Assembly: GCA_964647565.1 (NCBI GenBank) | Contig: CAZYIM010000016.1 | Location: 1 to 57,539 of the forward strand | From: an uncultured Methanosarcinales archaeon | Lineage (GTDB): Archaea > Nanobdellota > Nanobdellia > Woesearchaeales > CAZYIM01 | DNA: 57,539 nucleotides | Direction of reading: 5' to 3' | In this document: piece by piece, positions 56,365 to 57,539 of the stretch | Layout: the number at the start of each line of letters is the position of its first letter | Numbering within the stretch: position 1 is the stretch's first letter | Notes under the pieces: model-generated | Told to the model about the DNA's origin: nothing | The model's input: the letters and a program-made list of their open reading frames with translations, nothing else | Database searches by the model: none | Position numbers and translations under genes: made by a program

Positions 56365-57078
56365 ATGATATCTTTGATTATTCCAACGTATAATGAGGCA
56401 GAGAATATTACCCAATTGATATCTACTATTGATAGGGCACTTACTAGCCCTAAGGTCAGGGATTATGAACTTCTTGTTGTTGACGATGATTCTCCTGATA
56501 AGACCTGGGCTCTGGCTGAGAAGATGGCCAAGAATTATCCTGTGACTGTGATCAGAAGAATAAAAGAGAGAGGCTTGGCAACAGCAGTGGTAGAGGGCTT
56601 TCGACGATCAAAAGGGGATATTGTAGGAGTTATGGATGCTGATCTTAGTCACCCTCCTGCTTTATTGCCTGAACTATTGGTTCCAATTGAGCAAGGCAGA
56701 AGTGACATTACTGTTGGTAGCAGGCTTGTCGATGGAGGTGGTGTAGAGGATTGGCCAGTTCATAGGAAGCTGGTTTCTGAAGCTGCAAGATTGTTGGCTC
56801 GGCCCTTGACACCTGTTAAAGATATAATGTCTGGCTATTTTTTTCTAAAAAGAAATGTGCTTGGAAATGTGATTCTTAGACCCAAAGGCTATAAGATTCT
56901 GCTTGAGATCCTGGTAAAAGGAAAATATTCATCTGTAGAAGAAATACCCTTTCTATTCAAGAACCGTTCTGTGGGTCAGAGTAAGCTTAACTTTGTCGTT
57001 CAGTTGGATTATCTTAAACATTTAGTTCAGCTTTATAGATTCAAATTTGGTTTCAGGAGAAAACAGACAACTATATAA
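56365..57078 (+). CDS. Polyprenol-phosphate mannose/hexose synthase (GT2)
   Basis: IIPTYNEAEN, VDDDSPD, RGLATA..G, MDADLSHPP, GYKILLE, G.SKL. Confidence 0.9.
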   Translation: MISLIIPTYNEAENITQLISTIDRALTSPKVRDYELLVVDDDSPDKTWALAEKMAKNYPVTVIRRIKERGLATAVVEGFRRSKGDIVGVMDADLSHPPALLPELLVPIEQGRSDITVGSRLVDGGGVEDWPVHRKLVSEAARLLARPLTPVKDIMSGYFFLKRNVLGNVILRPKGYKILLEILVKGKYSSVEEIPFLFKNRSVGQSKLNFVVQLDYLKHLVQLYRFKFGFRRKQTTI

Positions 57079-57100
57079 ATAGACTAGACTTCTAAAAACC

Positions 57101-57481
57101 ATGGGGAAATCAGCGAAATACAGGACTCCTCTTTGGACCATCCTGTTGGTAATTTTTTGCACTATTCTGACGTCAGTTGGTCAATTGTTTATGAAATTAG
57201 GTGCCAATAATTTGGAGTTTAACATCAGATCAATCATAGTCAATCTGCCTTTGATAGCAGGTGTTATTATATACTTGGTTGCGGCTGTGCTTTTTATCAT
57301 TGCCTTAAGGCGTGGAGAATTGTCTACGTTATATCCTTTTATTGCACTTAGCTTTATATGGGTTGCACTACTTTCTGTCTATTTTCTGGGCGAAATCATT
57401 ACCTTGTTTAAGATAATCGGTGTTGCAGCTATTCTGATTGGAGTTTCATTCATTGGTAAGGGGGCAAACGATGACAACTGA
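57101..57481 (+). CDS. SMR/EamA-like small membrane protein (ArnE/ArnF-like)
   Basis: Four TM helices, GQLFMK, ELSTLYPF, FLGE. Confidence 0.85.
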   Translation: MGKSAKYRTPLWTILLVIFCTILTSVGQLFMKLGANNLEFNIRSIIVNLPLIAGVIIYLVAAVLFIIALRRGELSTLYPFIALSFIWVALLSVYFLGEIITLFKIIGVAAILIGVSFIGKGANDDN

Positions 57482-57539
57482 GTTGATTGCAATCTGCATT
57501 GTTGTGATTGCAACATTTTTTGGTGCATTTGGCTCTTTA
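57471..57539 (+). CDS. 5' part of a probable second SMR/EamA-like protein (truncated by window end)
   Basis: ATG 57471 after a GGGGG RBS: MTTELIAICIVVIATFFGAFGSL, resembling TM1 of the preceding gene. Confidence 0.6.
   Translation, partial: MTTELIAICIVVIATFFGAFGSL

Noticed and set aside
1..57539. CRISPR arrays, tRNAs, transposases, integrases or prophage genes
   Set aside because: None recognised. Intergenic gaps are short, with no repeat-spacer periodicity or cloverleaf found by eye.

Overview
Archaeal chromosomal window, most likely from a DPANN (Woesearchaeota-like) genome. That is an inference from the aglB oligosaccharyltransferase, BRE/TATA promoters about 23-26 nt before leaderless starts, a stand-alone archaeal-type 5S rRNA gene and bacterial-type glyA/folD/folC. 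The first 4 kb hold an HTH-HAD fusion interrupted by an in-frame TGA, a missed 48-aa zinc-ribbon ORF, MTA phosphorylase, an RsmB/NOP methyltransferase, 5S rRNA and a coiled-coil hypothetical. The remaining ~53 kb are a very large surface-glycosylation locus centred on aglB. It has five modules. (1) A cysD/cysN sulfate-activation operon without APS kinase or sulfotransferase, with an AlkP-superfamily enzyme, bracketed by two ribbon-helix-helix proteins; three of its proteins share a C-terminal LxxLGY motif and an inverted-repeat operator lies at its promoter. (2) A pseudaminic-acid-type pathway (pseB, pseC, pseG, pseI, cytidylyltransferase) lacking a PseH acetyltransferase but carrying an N-formyltransferase, with a folate C1 supply module (glyA, folC, fused 5-formyl-THF cyclo-ligase/folD, YhhQ-family transporter) apparently co-transcribed inside it. 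(3) Tailoring genes: an acetamidino trio, oxidoreductase plus aminotransferase, aldolase/aminotransferase/ATP-grasp, two radical SAM enzymes and methyltransferases, one with an in-frame TAG. (4) A GDP-heptose-type operon (gmhA, hddA, gmhB, hddC-like). (5) A polyprenol-P-sugar synthase, GT-C-like membrane protein and SMR pair. Best candidate for a new system: a self-supplied folate-to-N-formyl-nonulosonate glycosylation pathway. All calls come from motif recognition only; no database searches were run.
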